Source: Candidatus Tayloriibacteriota bacterium
Lineage (GTDB): Bacteria > Patescibacteriota > Minisyncoccia > Phycocordibacterales > UBA6065
Assembly: GCA_016215405.1 (NCBI GenBank)
Contig: JACRJQ010000002.1
Span: 1-57,596 of the forward strand
Direction of reading: 5' to 3'
DNA length: 57,596 nt
Below, in pieces: positions 57,265 to 57,596 of the stretch. Below the pieces are notes generated by a model. The model was not told the DNA's origin. It did no database searches and worked only from the letters and a program-made list of their open reading frames with translations. Made by a program: the position numbers and the translations under genes. The stretch's first letter is position 1; each line of letters begins with the position of its first letter.

Positions 57265-57286
57265 GCTCCTGCTCCACTTCTTTTGC

Positions 57287-57315
57287 GCGGACCCAAACCT
57301 GGGTCCGCTTTTCTT
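57287..57315. terminator. Hairpin terminator between convergent genes
   Basis: GCGGACCCA-AACC-TGGGTCCGC-TTTT. Confidence 0.7.
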
Positions 57316-57596
57316 ATTCGATTTTACGCGAATCTGCTTTTGCGGATTGGGCGATCGCCTTTGAAAAGCTTTGCGACCTGTTTATCAGTTCTAGCGCCAG
57401 ATCTCTCTCTCCGTCCGTCATCGCGTCCCTGCGCGCTTCGAAGTAGTCGCGGATCTCTTTACCGAATTCGCCGCCTCGCCTGACCCGTTCGGATACCTCT
57501 TTCGGGAGCGGAGATAGGCCGCTTTTGCCGATAGCCACGTTCCCGTCGTCGCGAGCGAGCGCGGCGATGCATAAAAGATTAAAAGTCCCCTGAACA
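57314..57596 (-). CDS. 3' end of a hypothetical gene truncated by the window
   Basis: Frame appears open to the window edge. Confidence 0.5.
   Translation of the reverse strand, partial: VQGTFNLLCIAALARDDGNVAIGKSGLSPLPKEVSERVRRGGEFGKEIRDYFEARRDAMTDGERDLALELINRSQSFSKAIAQSAKADSRKIE

Overview
Chromosomal segment of a small-genome bacterium, most likely Patescibacteria/CPR (Parcubacteria-like). This is inferred from the giant GNVGIGT-repeat surface protein, pilin-LamG fusion, split transketolase, GAD-less AspRS and widespread leaderless genes. Gene content: a >3,200-aa fibre-like protein plus a triple-LamG protein; a gap/pentose-phosphate operon ending in an orphan histidine kinase; recR, dnaB, five aminoacyl-tRNA synthetases, rplI, rpmA, murG, ftsW, scpAB and a copper-related cluster. 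The most notable unannotated structures are: (1) a T-box riboswitch before aspS that combines an ultrashort Stem I with an AAC (Asn) specifier and a transcription terminator; (2) a complete 2,016-bp IS1595-family element (terminal inverted repeats, 8-bp target duplication) carrying a HEPN-motif passenger gene and a type I toxin-like small ORF; (3) a ~315-nt highly structured RNA candidate with its own promoter and terminator; (4) a modular dispersed repeat family with compensatory base changes; (5) a DUF2946/CutF-like arrest-motif fusion upstream of ycnI. All calls are by eye; no database searches were run.
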